A stretch of 64,000 nucleotides of DNA from an uncultured Ruficoccus sp. (GTDB lineage Bacteria; Verrucomicrobiota; Verrucomicrobiia; Opitutales; Cerasicoccaceae), in contig OZ223481.1 in NCBI GenBank assembly GCA_965140785.1, positions 448,001 to 512,000 of the forward strand, written 5' to 3'. Of this stretch, positions 48,353-60,434 are shown piece after piece. The translations under genes were made by a program, and so were the position numbers. Below the pieces are notes generated by a model. It searched no databases and was not told the DNA's origin. It saw nothing but the letters and a program-made list of their open reading frames with translations. Each line of letters starts with the position of its first letter. Positions within the stretch are counted from its first letter, which is position 1.

Positions 48353-49317
48353 GCGACGACTGCGGCGACGGCCAGACCGAGGCCGATGGTGGCGATGAGG
48401 GCGGCCATCAGGGGCTTGTCGGCTTCGGGCGGTGGCAGGTGGCTGGCGGGCATCTCGGCGATAGGGAAGTGTTTCTCCAGCGCGGTAAAGGCTTCCTCCT
48501 TGATGAAAAAGCCGAAAATCAGAATGGCGGCCATGGAGATGAGCTCCGAGCCGAGCCCGTGGTGGAAGAACTCGAACAGTTCCGGGTAGCCGACGATCAG
48601 AGCGAGGAAGTCGATCCGCAAGATACTGACCACGATCCCGGTGCCGAGCGCGGCGAAGAGCATGCGCCAGAATATTTTGCGCAGATCGGGAAGCATCATT
48701 AGCAGGATGATGAAAAAGGCGAACAAGAGGAAAAACAGCTTCAGGCCCGAGCACTCGGCGATGATTTCGATGGCGTGACCGTGGATCAGGATGGTGTTGC
48801 CGGAGGTTTTGACCGAGAAGCCCACGTAGTGCAGCGTAAAGGCGGATATCTGCGCCACCAGAGTAGAAAAGCGCAGGCTGTGCTCGATCAGGTTCTCCAC
48901 CTGGGCGGCGGGCACGGCGGCCAGGGCGAAAAGCCCGAGGCAGCGCGCATGGAGCCGACTGAAGGTGAACCCGCACGCCATCAGTGACACGCCGAGAGCC
49001 CCGAGGATGAAACCCAGACCCGGATCGGGCAGACCGGTGAAGATATCGGCCAGGGTGAAAGCATAGCCGAGGAGAATCACCCCCATCCCGGCCACGATGG
49101 CGCGGGCGGAGGGTTTTAGGGTGAAGCGGGCCCGGTTCAGGGCGAGGCAGCCCACGGCGGCGGCGATAGCCACGGCCTTGATCGCCATGCGGGACTTTTC
49201 ATCCACGCTGGTATTGGCCAGAAACGGCCCGAGGCAGACCGCGAGCAGGGCGGCGACGATCAATCGTTGCAACAGCCGGGCGCGGGCGGAGGAGGGACTG
49301 GCAGGCGGGTTTTTCAT
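48349..49317 (-). CDS. Exosortase (cyanoexosortase A-like)
   Basis: Multi-pass membrane protein with ECSGL, ILRI and FHHGLGS (Cys/Arg/His triad). Confidence 0.8.
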   Translation of the reverse strand: MKNPPASPSSARARLLQRLIVAALLAVCLGPFLANTSVDEKSRMAIKAVAIAAAVGCLALNRARFTLKPSARAIVAGMGVILLGYAFTLADIFTGLPDPGLGFILGALGVSLMACGFTFSRLHARCLGLFALAAVPAAQVENLIEHSLRFSTLVAQISAFTLHYVGFSVKTSGNTILIHGHAIEIIAECSGLKLFFLLFAFFIILLMMLPDLRKIFWRMLFAALGTGIVVSILRIDFLALIVGYPELFEFFHHGLGSELISMAAILIFGFFIKEEAFTALEKHFPIAEMPASHLPPPEADKPLMAALIATIGLGLAVAAVVA

Positions 49318-49470
49318 TATCGGTGCCTGGGCCAGAGAGTGGCCCGGTTGGCAGAATGCTTCGATCCCAAATCGGCCAAAGCGCCGCTTTTTTTACCCCT
49401 AAAAACCGACTTTCCGCACCACACGGGCGGAGAGGCCGGGTTTGTTGAGGGGGGAGGGCAGAGGACAGGC

Positions 49471-50169
49471 TCAGTCGTCCTCTTCGATAAACGGTTCCCG
49501 GGTGATGCCCACATGCTCGCCCTTGCCGATGGCGTCCTGGTGCAGCAGATAGCGGTAAACGCCGGTTTTGAAAAACAGCAGGAGGAAGCCCGCGGCGGCC
49601 AGCAGGCTCAGGGTGGCGTTGCGGATGGAAGCTCCCCACAGGGCGATTTTCAGCATGCGCAGGTCCTCCTGCGGGTTTCCGGTACGGATAGGCGAAGAGG
49701 CCATATAGGCCCGGACCGACTCCGCCCCGAGCCCCAGCAGAGCCTGATCGGGGTTGTTGGCGGTGGCGGTTGTTTGCAGGGCGCTCTGGACCCCGGTCGT
49801 AGAGATGATCCCGTAGGGGACCAGCAGCACCCCGGCGATGCCTGCGGCGAGGGCGACCCAGCCCATGGCGCCCCGGATTTTCAGGTGCCAGAAAGTGCAG
49901 GTCTTGGAGAAGGGAATCAAAATCAGTGCCAACCCTAACAACGGCAGCCAGGCGCACGCGACCAGGTGACCGAAGAGGTCATACTCCCACAACGGGCTGG
50001 CGAAATTTACCGGGACGTAGCAGAAAAGCACCTGCACGACGCCGATAGTCAGGAGGATCAGCCCGAGGATGGGCAGCAGTTGTTGCAGGTCCGAGAAGAC
50101 CTTCGCGCGCAGGCGGACGCGCCGGTCGAGATCGGCGTCAGGTGAGTATCGGGAAGCGTGTCGTAGCAT
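49471..50169 (-). CDS. HpsJ-like membrane protein
   Basis: VPVNFASPLWEYDLFGHLV..LPLLGLAL pattern, four TM segments; start uncertain. Confidence 0.6.
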   Translation of the reverse strand: MLRHASRYSPDADLDRRVRLRAKVFSDLQQLLPILGLILLTIGVVQVLFCYVPVNFASPLWEYDLFGHLVACAWLPLLGLALILIPFSKTCTFWHLKIRGAMGWVALAAGIAGVLLVPYGIISTTGVQSALQTTATANNPDQALLGLGAESVRAYMASSPIRTGNPQEDLRMLKIALWGASIRNATLSLLAAAGFLLLFFKTGVYRYLLHQDAIGKGEHVGITREPFIEEDD

Positions 50170-50456
50170 CAGGTGTGGCGAATAGGAACGCGGCTGGCCA
50201 GCCGGGAATATCTTTCGGCGCAAACGGCTTTTACTTAAGTCACAGGTGCAGAGGAAGAAAGAGCAGTGATCCCATTTCCTACAGCTAATGCCCTATATGG
50301 AGCATCCTAATGCTTACTGCAAGTCTTACTGCGCCGGTGAATTAGGTTTGCTTTTATCCTTGTCGGTGATCATCCTCGCTTTACCGCAGCGCGCCATACC
50401 CCGGAGCCGTTAATCTTGTTTGTTCTTTATCAATCCCTAACCCCCATCCCCCGTCT

Positions 50457-50972
50457 ATGTGCATAAAAAAACTGCGTGAATACCTGGACGCCCACGGTGT
50501 GAAGTATGTCACCGTGAGCCATTCGCTGGCCTACTCCGCTCAGGAGGTGGCGGCTTGCGTTCATGTCTCGGGCCGGGAACTGGCCAAAGTCGTCATAGTG
50601 ACGATGCATAACCAGTTGGCCATGGTCGTCCTGCCCGCCAGCTACCATATCGACTTCCAGCGACTCAATCAGGCGCTCCACAGCAAGGAGATGTACCTGG
50701 CCCAGGAAGCGGACTTCGTCGATCGTTTTCCGGACTGCGAGCCGGGTGCGATGCCGCCCTTCGGCAATCTTTACGGGATGGATGTCTTCGTGGCCCAGAG
50801 CCTGACCGAGGACGACACCATCACCTTTAACGCCGGAACGCACACGGATGCCATCACCATGCCCTACACGGATTTCGCCCGCCTGGTCGAGCCCAGGGTT
50901 ATCAGCTTCACGGACAGGCTTCGCGGCTGCGAGGAGCAGCCGGCCACCGCCACCGCCACCGCCACTCTCTAA
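50457..50972 (+). CDS. YbaK/ProX-family aminoacyl-tRNA deacylase-like protein
   Basis: LAKVV, FPDCEPGAMPPFG, FNAGTH. Confidence 0.88.
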   Translation: MCIKKLREYLDAHGVKYVTVSHSLAYSAQEVAACVHVSGRELAKVVIVTMHNQLAMVVLPASYHIDFQRLNQALHSKEMYLAQEADFVDRFPDCEPGAMPPFGNLYGMDVFVAQSLTEDDTITFNAGTHTDAITMPYTDFARLVEPRVISFTDRLRGCEEQPATATATATL

Positions 50973-50998
50973 CCCACGGGACTATGGACGGGATTTTT

Positions 50999-51038
50999 AA
51001 ACAAAACGGAGAAGGCCGGAGCCTTCTCCGTTTTGTTT
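50999..51038. terminator. Intrinsic terminator-like hairpin
   Basis: AAACAAAACGGAGAAGGC-CGGA-GCCTTCTCCGTTTTGTTT perfect stem. Confidence 0.75.
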
Positions 51039-51168
51039 GGTGGACTTTGGTTCGCCTTTATTCGTCTGGATGCCTGTAGCTCCCCGGCGGGACTGCCCCC
51101 CCGCCATCCAACGGGCAGTCCCGCCGGTTCACTTTTTCTCACCGCTTGAACCTAAACTGTTACCCCCG

Positions 51169-53250
51169 ATGAAAGATTTCCACGCCGTTGATATCCGTAA
51201 TTGTGCCTTGGTCGGACACGTCTCGACCGGAAAAACCCTCCTCTGCGACGCCATGCTCGTGTGTGCCGGGCAAATAGGCAAAGTCGGGAGCATTGAGGCC
51301 GGCTCGAGCGTGTCCGATCATCACGCGGATGAACGCGAGCACCAGATGTCCGTCCATGCCACCCTCCTGCATACCGAGTGGCTGGGCAAGAAGTTCAACC
51401 TCATCGACTGCCCCGGCGCGGCGGACTTCATCAGCGAGCCGCTGAGCGCCCTGCGGGTGGCGGACTTTGCGCTGGTCGTGGTCAACGCCTGCCACGGCAT
51501 CGAGCCGGGCGCCGACATGGTGTACGAGACCGCACGCACCTACGACCTGCCGCGCATGATCGCGGTCAACCTGTTGGACAAGGAGAACACCGCCTTCGAT
51601 CGTGTGCTGGAGGAGGCTCGCTCGCACTACGGCACCAAGGTCTTCCCCATGACCATCCCACTCAACGCCGGGCCGGGCTTCAATCAGGTGCTCGACGTCA
51701 TGCGCAACGAGGTCATCACCTATGCCACCGACGGCAGCGGCCAGTACGAGGAGGCCCCCGCCACGGGCGAGCTGGCCGCGCGCGTCAAGGCCCTGCACAA
51801 GGAGTTGATCGAGTACGTGGCTGAGACTGACGACTCGCTCATGGAGCTGTTTTTCGAGAAGGAGACCCTCTCCGAGGACGAGCTGCGCGAGCACCTGCAT
51901 GCCGCCATCCAGCAGCGGGTCGTGGTGCCGCTTTTCGCCGTCTCGGGCGCAACCAATGTCGGCGTCTCGCGCATGATGGACATCATCGCCAAGTACGGCT
52001 CCTCCCCCGTGGACCGCAAGAAGATCGCCGCGAACGGGGCGGACGGCAGCGACACCAAGGTGGCGCTCGACGGGCCCGACCCGTGCCTCTTCGTCTTCAA
52101 GACGCTGAACGAGCAGCACGTCGGCGGGCTGTCGTTCTTTCGCGTGTACTCGGGCAGCGTGCACCACGGCATGGATCTGCGCAATGTCTCGCGCCAGAGC
52201 ACCGAGCGCATGGGGCAGATTTTCCTGCTCAACGGTCGCGAGCGCATGGCGGTGGGGCACCTCAACAGCGGGGACATCGGCGCGGCGGTCAAGCTGCGCG
52301 ATACCCACACCGGCGACACCCTCTGCGGCGGCCAGCTCAGCGTGACCCTGCCCACGGTGGCTTTTCCCGAGCCGAACATCCACGGCGCCCTCCAGGTCGC
52401 CTCCCGCAGCGACGAGGAGAAGATTTCCCAGGGGCTGCACGAGCTTCAGGAGGAGGACCCGACCTTCGTCTCGCGCTACGATCCCGAGCTTAAGCAGACC
52501 ATCATCTCCGGTCAGGGCGAGGTGCAGTTGAAAATCGCCGCCGAGGAGATCAAGCGCCGCTACAACGTGGACATTTCCCTGGTCGAGCCGCGCGTGCCCT
52601 ACCGTGAAACCATCCGCACCGGGGCCGAGAGCAGGTACCGCCACAAGAAGCAGAGCGGCGGGGCCGGGCAGTTCGCCGAGGTGTGGATGCGCGTCGAGCC
52701 GCTCCCGCGCGGTTCCGGGGTGGAGTTCACCCACTCGCTTGTGGGCAACAATGTTGACCGCGTCTTCGTCGCCTCGGTCGAGAAGGGCGTCCGTGCCGCC
52801 TGCGAGGAGGGTGTGGTCGGTGGCTTCCACATCCAGGACGTGAAGATCGACTTCTACGACGGCAAGCAGCACCCGGTCGATTCCAAGGACATCGCCTTCC
52901 AGATCGCGGGCAAGGCCGCCTTTCAGGAGGCCTTCCGCAACGCTCAGCCCTGCCTGCTGGAGCCGATCATGACCATCCGTGTGACTGTCCCCGAGGACTG
53001 CGTGGGAGACGTCATGGGCGACCTCTCCAGCCGCCGGGGCCGCATTAACGGTATCGACACGGCGGGCAAGTTTCAGGTCATCGACGCCTCCGTGCCCCAG
53101 GGCGAACTCTACCGCTACGCCACCCATCTGCGTTCCCTCACCGCCGGACGCGGTCGCCACAGCGAGAGCTTCAGCCACTACGAGGAAGTTCCCTACGACA
53201 GGGAGTCCCGCATCCTCGACCGCGCCCAGCAGCTTGCCACCGCCGGCTAG
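51169..53250 (+). CDS. fusA: Elongation factor G-like protein (EF-G2 paralogue)
   Basis: GHVSTGKT, DCPG, EEDPTF, VPYRETI, HKKQSGGAGQF, DGKQHPVDS. Confidence 0.92.
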   Translation: MKDFHAVDIRNCALVGHVSTGKTLLCDAMLVCAGQIGKVGSIEAGSSVSDHHADEREHQMSVHATLLHTEWLGKKFNLIDCPGAADFISEPLSALRVADFALVVVNACHGIEPGADMVYETARTYDLPRMIAVNLLDKENTAFDRVLEEARSHYGTKVFPMTIPLNAGPGFNQVLDVMRNEVITYATDGSGQYEEAPATGELAARVKALHKELIEYVAETDDSLMELFFEKETLSEDELREHLHAAIQQRVVVPLFAVSGATNVGVSRMMDIIAKYGSSPVDRKKIAANGADGSDTKVALDGPDPCLFVFKTLNEQHVGGLSFFRVYSGSVHHGMDLRNVSRQSTERMGQIFLLNGRERMAVGHLNSGDIGAAVKLRDTHTGDTLCGGQLSVTLPTVAFPEPNIHGALQVASRSDEEKISQGLHELQEEDPTFVSRYDPELKQTIISGQGEVQLKIAAEEIKRRYNVDISLVEPRVPYRETIRTGAESRYRHKKQSGGAGQFAEVWMRVEPLPRGSGVEFTHSLVGNNVDRVFVASVEKGVRAACEEGVVGGFHIQDVKIDFYDGKQHPVDSKDIAFQIAGKAAFQEAFRNAQPCLLEPIMTIRVTVPEDCVGDVMGDLSSRRGRINGIDTAGKFQVIDASVPQGELYRYATHLRSLTAGRGRHSESFSHYEEVPYDRESRILDRAQQLATAG

Positions 53251-53333
53251 GCGGTGTGCGCGCCGCACGGGATTTTACACGGTGGCGTGTGCGTGTGCGT
53301 TTCGGATGCGTATCCAAAAAATGGATACGATCA

Positions 53334-54605
53334 CTACTTCCACGAGTAGCGGGCGGCGTTGCCGAGCTCGCGTTCGATTTCGAGGAGGCGGTTGTACTTG
53401 GCGATGCGTTCGCCGCGGCTGGCCGATCCGGTCTTGAGGTGGCCGCCGTCCATGGCCACGGCGAAGTCGGCGAGGAAGGCGTCCTCGGTCTCGCCCGAGC
53501 GGTGCGAGAGGAAGTAACGCCAACCGGCCTCGCGGCACATGCGGACGGCCGCGATGCTTTCGGTCACGGTGCCGATCTGGTTGAGCTTGATCAGGCAGGA
53601 GTTGGCGACGCCCTGCTCGATACCTTTGGCGATGTACTTGGTGTTGGTGACAAAGATGTCGTCGCCGACGACTTCGATTTTATCGCCGTAGGCTTTCATG
53701 AACTTTTTAAAGCCGTCCCAGTCGTCTTCGCACAGCGGGTCTTCCCAGAGCACGATGGGGTAGCGTTCGAGCCATTGGCCCGCCTTGGCGATGAGGTCGT
53801 CGCTGCTCATCTTGCCCTCGCCGGACCAGGACAAGTCGTATTGGCCGGGCGTATCGGTGGCGAAGGAGTTGGCCGCGTTGTCCACGGCGATGGCGATGTC
53901 TTCGCCGGGGGTGCGCCCGGTCTTTTCAATCGCCTGGATGATCGACTCGATGGCGTCCTCGTTGCTTTTGAAGTCCGGGGCGAAGCCGCCCTCGTCGCCG
54001 ACGCTGGTGGCCAGACCGCGGTCCTGGAGGATTTTTTTCAGCGCGTGAAACGTCTCGGCCACATAGCGCAGCCCCTCGGCAAAGGTCGGCGCGCCGATGG
54101 GCACGGCCATGAACTCCTGAAAATCGACGCTGTTGTCGGAGTGCTCGCCGCCGTTGACGATGTTCATGCACGGGACGGGGATGCGGGTGGCGCCGGTGCC
54201 GCCGAGATGGGCGTAGAGCGGGAGCTTCATGGAGGTCGCGGCGGCGCGGGCTACGGCCATGGACACGCCCAGGATGGCGTTGGCCCCGAGCTTGCTTTTG
54301 TTTTCGGTGCCGTCGAGCTCGATCATGCGCTGATCGATCTGCGTCTGCGCGTGAGCGGGCATGCCTTTGAGGGCGGGCCCGATGATCTCGACCACGTTAT
54401 GGACGGCCTGCTGGACGCCCTTGCCCTCGTAGCGGGACTTGTCGCCGTCGCGCAGTTCCAGGGCCTCGTGCTTGCCGGTGGAAGCGCCGGAGGGGACCGA
54501 GGCGGAAACTTGCGTTCCGTCCTCGAGCGTTACGTAGGCGCGAACAGTGGGGTTGCCCCGCGAGTCCAGAATCTCCAGGGCATCAATGGCTGCTATCTTA
54601 CTCAT
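53334..54605 (-). CDS. eno: Enolase
   Basis: EILDSRGNPTV, VPSGASTG, GDEGG, SHRSGETED, AKYNRLL. Confidence 0.98.
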   Translation of the reverse strand: MSKIAAIDALEILDSRGNPTVRAYVTLEDGTQVSASVPSGASTGKHEALELRDGDKSRYEGKGVQQAVHNVVEIIGPALKGMPAHAQTQIDQRMIELDGTENKSKLGANAILGVSMAVARAAATSMKLPLYAHLGGTGATRIPVPCMNIVNGGEHSDNSVDFQEFMAVPIGAPTFAEGLRYVAETFHALKKILQDRGLATSVGDEGGFAPDFKSNEDAIESIIQAIEKTGRTPGEDIAIAVDNAANSFATDTPGQYDLSWSGEGKMSSDDLIAKAGQWLERYPIVLWEDPLCEDDWDGFKKFMKAYGDKIEVVGDDIFVTNTKYIAKGIEQGVANSCLIKLNQIGTVTESIAAVRMCREAGWRYFLSHRSGETEDAFLADFAVAMDGGHLKTGSASRGERIAKYNRLLEIERELGNAARYSWK

Positions 54606-54817
54606 GCGTGTGTCCTCAGTTGGAGTGGGTCCGCTCAAGCGTGAGCGGTGCCGGTGTTTCTACCGGGCTCCAGTTTTTAAGACAATGCAATAAGGGCATC
54701 GGTTCCCGACTGAGTGGAGGCGACCGAGATTCGTCGAGTCAAGGAAACGGAAAACGGACCCATAGCCGACCCCCTCATGCGGATCTAACGCCGAGCGTTT
54801 GCTAAAGCGAAAGTGCT

Positions 54818-55927
54818 CTAGCGGCGGATGAGGACGAGTTCGTCGCGGTGGATGACTTCGACGTGCTTGCGGGCAGGGTGGAGGGCGTGGATTTCGTCGG
54901 AGTCCTTGCCGAGGATTTGTGTCAGGTCGTCAATACCGAACCCGGCCAGGCCGCGGGCGACCGGTTCGCCTTTGGGGCCGAGGACGGAGACGACTTCGCC
55001 GCGGGCGAACTTGCCTTCGGCGGCAGTGACGCCCTTGGCCAGCAGGCTGGAGCCTTTTTCGCGTAAAGCTTTGACGGCCCCTGCGTCCACGCTGAGGCGT
55101 CCGCGCGGCTCCTCGAACCACGCCAGCCAGCGCTTGCGCGAGCCCATGGGCAGGCGGCTGGGGATAAAGATCGTGCCGGTGGCGTGCCCGGCGAAAAGGT
55201 CGGCGATGATGGACGGCTTAGCGCCTCTGCCGATGAAGACGCCGCAGCCGGATTTGGTGGCGAGGCGGGCGGCCTGGATTTTCGTGATCATGCCGCCGGT
55301 GCCGACCACCGTGCCGGTTCCTCCGGCCATGGCCTCGATGGCGGGGGTGATGGTCTCGACCACGGGGAGAATCTCGCCGCTGCCCTTCATGTCCACCAGG
55401 CCGGGGGCGGTGGAGAGGATGAGGAGCAGTTGGGACTTGGTCATGGAGGCGACCAGGGCTGAGAGCACGTCGTTGTCGCCGAACTTGATCTCGGCGGCGC
55501 TGACGGTGTCGTTCTCGTTGACGATGGGCACGATGCCCTCGCTGAGCAGTTCCTCGAAAAGGTCCTTGATCGCGACGTGGCGCTTGCGCGAGCGCACGTC
55601 TTCGCGGGTGAGCAGGAGCTGCCCGACGTGGATGCCGTGCGGGGCAAAGGCCTGCTGCCACAGCTCGGTGAGCAGGCTCTGCCCGACGGCGGCACACTTC
55701 TGGAGGGCGGCCAGCCGGGTAGGGCGCCGGGTCAGTCCGAGCCGTCCCCGGCCCAGTCCGACCGCGCCGGAGCTGACCAGCACGACCTGCAGGCCGCGCT
55801 GCTTGAGGGCGGCGATCTCGTGGGCGATCCCGGCCACGACGTCCGTGTTGAGGTCGCCCGAGCCGGAGGTGAGCACGCCGGTGCCGAGCTTGATCACGAC
55901 GCGGCGGGCGTTTTCCAGAAAGTGCAT
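54818..55927 (-). CDS. proB: Glutamate 5-kinase
   Basis: VIKLGT, VSSGAV, NENDTV, FGDND, GTGGMITK, PUA domain. Confidence 0.97.
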   Translation of the reverse strand: MHFLENARRVVIKLGTGVLTSGSGDLNTDVVAGIAHEIAALKQRGLQVVLVSSGAVGLGRGRLGLTRRPTRLAALQKCAAVGQSLLTELWQQAFAPHGIHVGQLLLTREDVRSRKRHVAIKDLFEELLSEGIVPIVNENDTVSAAEIKFGDNDVLSALVASMTKSQLLLILSTAPGLVDMKGSGEILPVVETITPAIEAMAGGTGTVVGTGGMITKIQAARLATKSGCGVFIGRGAKPSIIADLFAGHATGTIFIPSRLPMGSRKRWLAWFEEPRGRLSVDAGAVKALREKGSSLLAKGVTAAEGKFARGEVVSVLGPKGEPVARGLAGFGIDDLTQILGKDSDEIHALHPARKHVEVIHRDELVLIRR

Positions 55928-56012
55928 GGCGGTGTTGGCGCTGGGTAAAAAGAAAGCGGCCGGGCCGTCTTGAATACGGAGCCGGCCGCCGGATGAAAGA
56001 TCTGTGTGTGTT

Positions 56013-56573
56013 TTAGACCGTGGTCAGTTCCTCTTCCTTGTCCTTGAGGGCTTCTTCGATCTGTTTGACAAAGCTGTCCGTCAGGCTCTGGACTTCCTTT
56101 TCGCCGCGCTTTTCGTCGTCCTCGGAGATTTCCTTGTCCTTGAGGGCCTGCTTGAGGGCGCTCATGCCTTCCTGGCGGGCGGCGCGGATGCCGACGCGTC
56201 CGGCTTCGCCCAGCTGGCTGGCCATCTTGACCAGTTCCTTGCGGCGCTCACCGGAGAGGTCGGGCAGGGGGCAGATGACGAGCGTGCCGCGCACGACGGG
56301 GTTGAGCCCGAGGCCGGCGGTCTGGATGGCCTTTTCGACGGCCTTGAGTACGCCCTTGTCCCAGGGCTGGATGGAAATGGTGCGCGAGTCGGGGGTGGTG
56401 ATGGCGGCCACTTCCATCAGGCGCATGTTGCTGCCATAGGCGTCCACCGTGACATTTTCCACCATGGCGGGCGAAGCCTTGCCGGTGTGGATGGTGTTGA
56501 ATTCGTGCAGGGTATGGTCGAGGGCTTTCTGCATCTCAGACCGGGTATTCTTGATAATTGCTTCGGGCGTCAT
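56013..56573 (-). CDS. frr: Ribosome recycling factor
   Basis: IHTGKA, AYGS, IQPWD, ERRKELVK, ISEDD. Confidence 0.97.
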   Translation of the reverse strand: MTPEAIIKNTRSEMQKALDHTLHEFNTIHTGKASPAMVENVTVDAYGSNMRLMEVAAITTPDSRTISIQPWDKGVLKAVEKAIQTAGLGLNPVVRGTLVICPLPDLSGERRKELVKMASQLGEAGRVGIRAARQEGMSALKQALKDKEISEDDEKRGEKEVQSLTDSFVKQIEEALKDKEEELTTV

Positions 56574-56679
56574 AGTTGGGATGGGTTTTCTTGAGGGAAC
56601 AGGATTACAGGATTTGGCCGGATGAACAGGCTAAAGTTTAGCCGCTCCGGCGTGATTGCGACCAGGCGGCCCCGGTCGG

Positions 56680-57426
56680 CTACTCGTGGACGAGAGTGCC
56701 GACGTCATTGCCGAGGACGGCGTTGAGGATGCTGTCGGGCTCGTGCATGTTGAAGACGAGGATCGGCACGTCGTTGTCCATGCACAGGGAGAAGGCGGTC
56801 GCGTCCATGATCTTGAGGCGCTTGCCGAGGGCCTCGGAGAAGCTCAGCTCGTCGTATTTGACGGCGTCGTCGGACTTCATCGGGTCTTTGTTGTAAACGC
56901 CGTCCACTTTGGTCGCTTTCATGATAACGTCGGCGTGGATCTCGCTGGCGCGCAGGGCGGCGGTGGTGTCGGTGGAGAAATACGGGTTGCCGGTGCCGGC
57001 GACGAAGATGACGACGCGCCCCTTCTCCATATGGCGCACGGCGCGGCGCAGGATGAACGGCTCAGCCACCTTGTCCATGGGGATGGCGGTCTGCACGCGC
57101 ACGGGTACGCCGTTTTTTTCCAGGCAGTCCATCAGGGCGAGACCGTTAATGGTGGTGGCGAGCATGCCCATGGTATCGCCGGTGGTGCGGTCCACGTTGC
57201 GGTGCTCGGCCCCCAGCTGCCCGCGGAAGATGTTCCCTCCGCCGACGACGAGCCCGATCTGCACGCCCAGGTCGTGGACTTTTTTTACCTCGGCGCAAAC
57301 GGTCTGGAGAATGTCCCCGTCGATGGGGTCGCCGGTCTCGGTATTGCGAAGCGCTTCGCCGCTCAGTTTAAGCACGATGCGCTTGAATTTTGATTGCGCA
57401 GGTTCGTCAGCCAGTTGATCCACCAT
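56680..57426 (-). CDS. pyrH: UMP kinase
   Basis: [33 protein letters not shown]. Confidence 0.98.
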   Translation of the reverse strand: MVDQLADEPAQSKFKRIVLKLSGEALRNTETGDPIDGDILQTVCAEVKKVHDLGVQIGLVVGGGNIFRGQLGAEHRNVDRTTGDTMGMLATTINGLALMDCLEKNGVPVRVQTAIPMDKVAEPFILRRAVRHMEKGRVVIFVAGTGNPYFSTDTTAALRASEIHADVIMKATKVDGVYNKDPMKSDDAVKYDELSFSEALGKRLKIMDATAFSLCMDNDVPILVFNMHEPDSILNAVLGNDVGTLVHE

Positions 57427-57549
57427 ATGTCAAAAATCTATGGGGCAGCGTGCCGCCGCCGTCAACCACTTGCTTTGGCGCTCGCACAATCCATCCGCAT
57501 CAAATTCTTGACGCCGGGGCCGAAATGGGTACTTTCGCGCTTTTCCAGT

Positions 57550-57623
57550 AGGTCCGTGGTGTAATGGTAGCACAGCAGTTTTTGGTACTGCTTGTCGGGG
57601 TTCGAATCCCTGCGGACCTGCCA
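57550..57623 (+). tRNA. tRNA-Gln (TTG)
   Basis: AGGTCCG/CGGACCT acceptor stem, GCAGT-TTTTGGT-ACTGC anticodon arm, GTTCGAATC, CCA end. Confidence 0.96.
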
Positions 57624-57831
57624 GCGGAGGCCTCCGCTGGCCTTGAAGAGCTTTGCCCTTGCGCCGCCAGAAAGGCGGCTATCCCTCCCCGGGTATGAGT
57701 CTTTTCCGCTGGAGGATTTTGTCTGGAGTAGCTTTCGTGTCGCGGACTTTGGGTTTCTACTGCTGCGTTTCGAGGCAAGCGTCCATCTGGCACTGATGAC
57801 GCGCAAGCCCATGAAAAGCCCGCGCGTGTAA

Positions 57832-59592
<1,761 letters not shown>

Positions 59593-59864
59593 TTAGGGAG
59601 CAGATGTATGAGCCGCTTTAGGCCGATTATATACGGCTCGTCGGTCTGATTCCCCAGTCATAGATGCGTTCTTAGCAGCTGATGCTGACAAGAATCCGCC
59701 CTACTGGCTGTCACGGGTCGTCCTGGGGGTGTCCCGCTAGTTCTTAGAGGGCTAACACTCCCTGGGTGGGCCAGACTTACCTCAATTGACGCTGCCTTTA
59801 TTGACAAGGCAGCGGGCGGGATAATCGTGGCAGGGCTACCAGTGCTTAGCAGCGTTATCTACAG

Positions 59865-60348
59865 ATGCGTATCTCGGTAAATCCCTTTCATAAAATCCGG
59901 AACCGGCTCAAAGCGGGACAGCTTAAGCCGGAGGCACTGGATTTTGCAGTCAGCGAAAGACTGCCGCCGCTGGATGTCCGGGTGATGGACAGTGTGCTCT
60001 ACCAGAATGGCAAGGAGTCGGTCGTCCTGTACTATGGGGAGCGCAAAAAAAAACCTTTATCGCGTACGTCTGTGGCTGGACGGCCGGGATCTACCTCAAT
60101 TGGCCGAAGCCCGCTACCGCTTCCCTTCCAGGGCGCGGTTGACGGATCAACCCGTTTCCCGGCGGATCGATAACCCGCGCTGCGAGATCTTCATCTGGGC
60201 CGGTGGTCTGCTGGAGTTGGCGGCGGAGTTGACGCTGAAGGACGGACGCAGCTACACCCTGCGCCATGAACTGGGCTTCGACCGGGAGCTGAAAGGAGCC
60301 CGTCCGACATTTATCGAGGTGGCGGCTACCGGCGCTCCCGTGGCCTGA
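59865..60348 (+). pseudogene. pYEATS-like protein split by a frameshift at an A9 tract (60045..60053)
   Basis: ORFs 59865..60173 and 59992..60348 join as ...GERKKNLYRVRLWLDG... if the tract is A8. Confidence 0.65.
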
Positions 60349-60434
60349 GGGCGAGATCTCTAAACTCCGGCATCGGGCCGGTAGTTAACAGGCTCCGCTC
60401 TCCTGTACGGATTGATGGATACAGGCGAGGCCGA

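Noticed and set aside
50943..50966. (GCCACC)n repeat encoding ATATATAT
   Set aside because: Short in-frame low-complexity tail with no evidence of function.
51160..53268. 702-aa minus-strand ORF
   Set aside because: Antisense shadow of the EF-G-like gene, caused by GC-rich codon bias.
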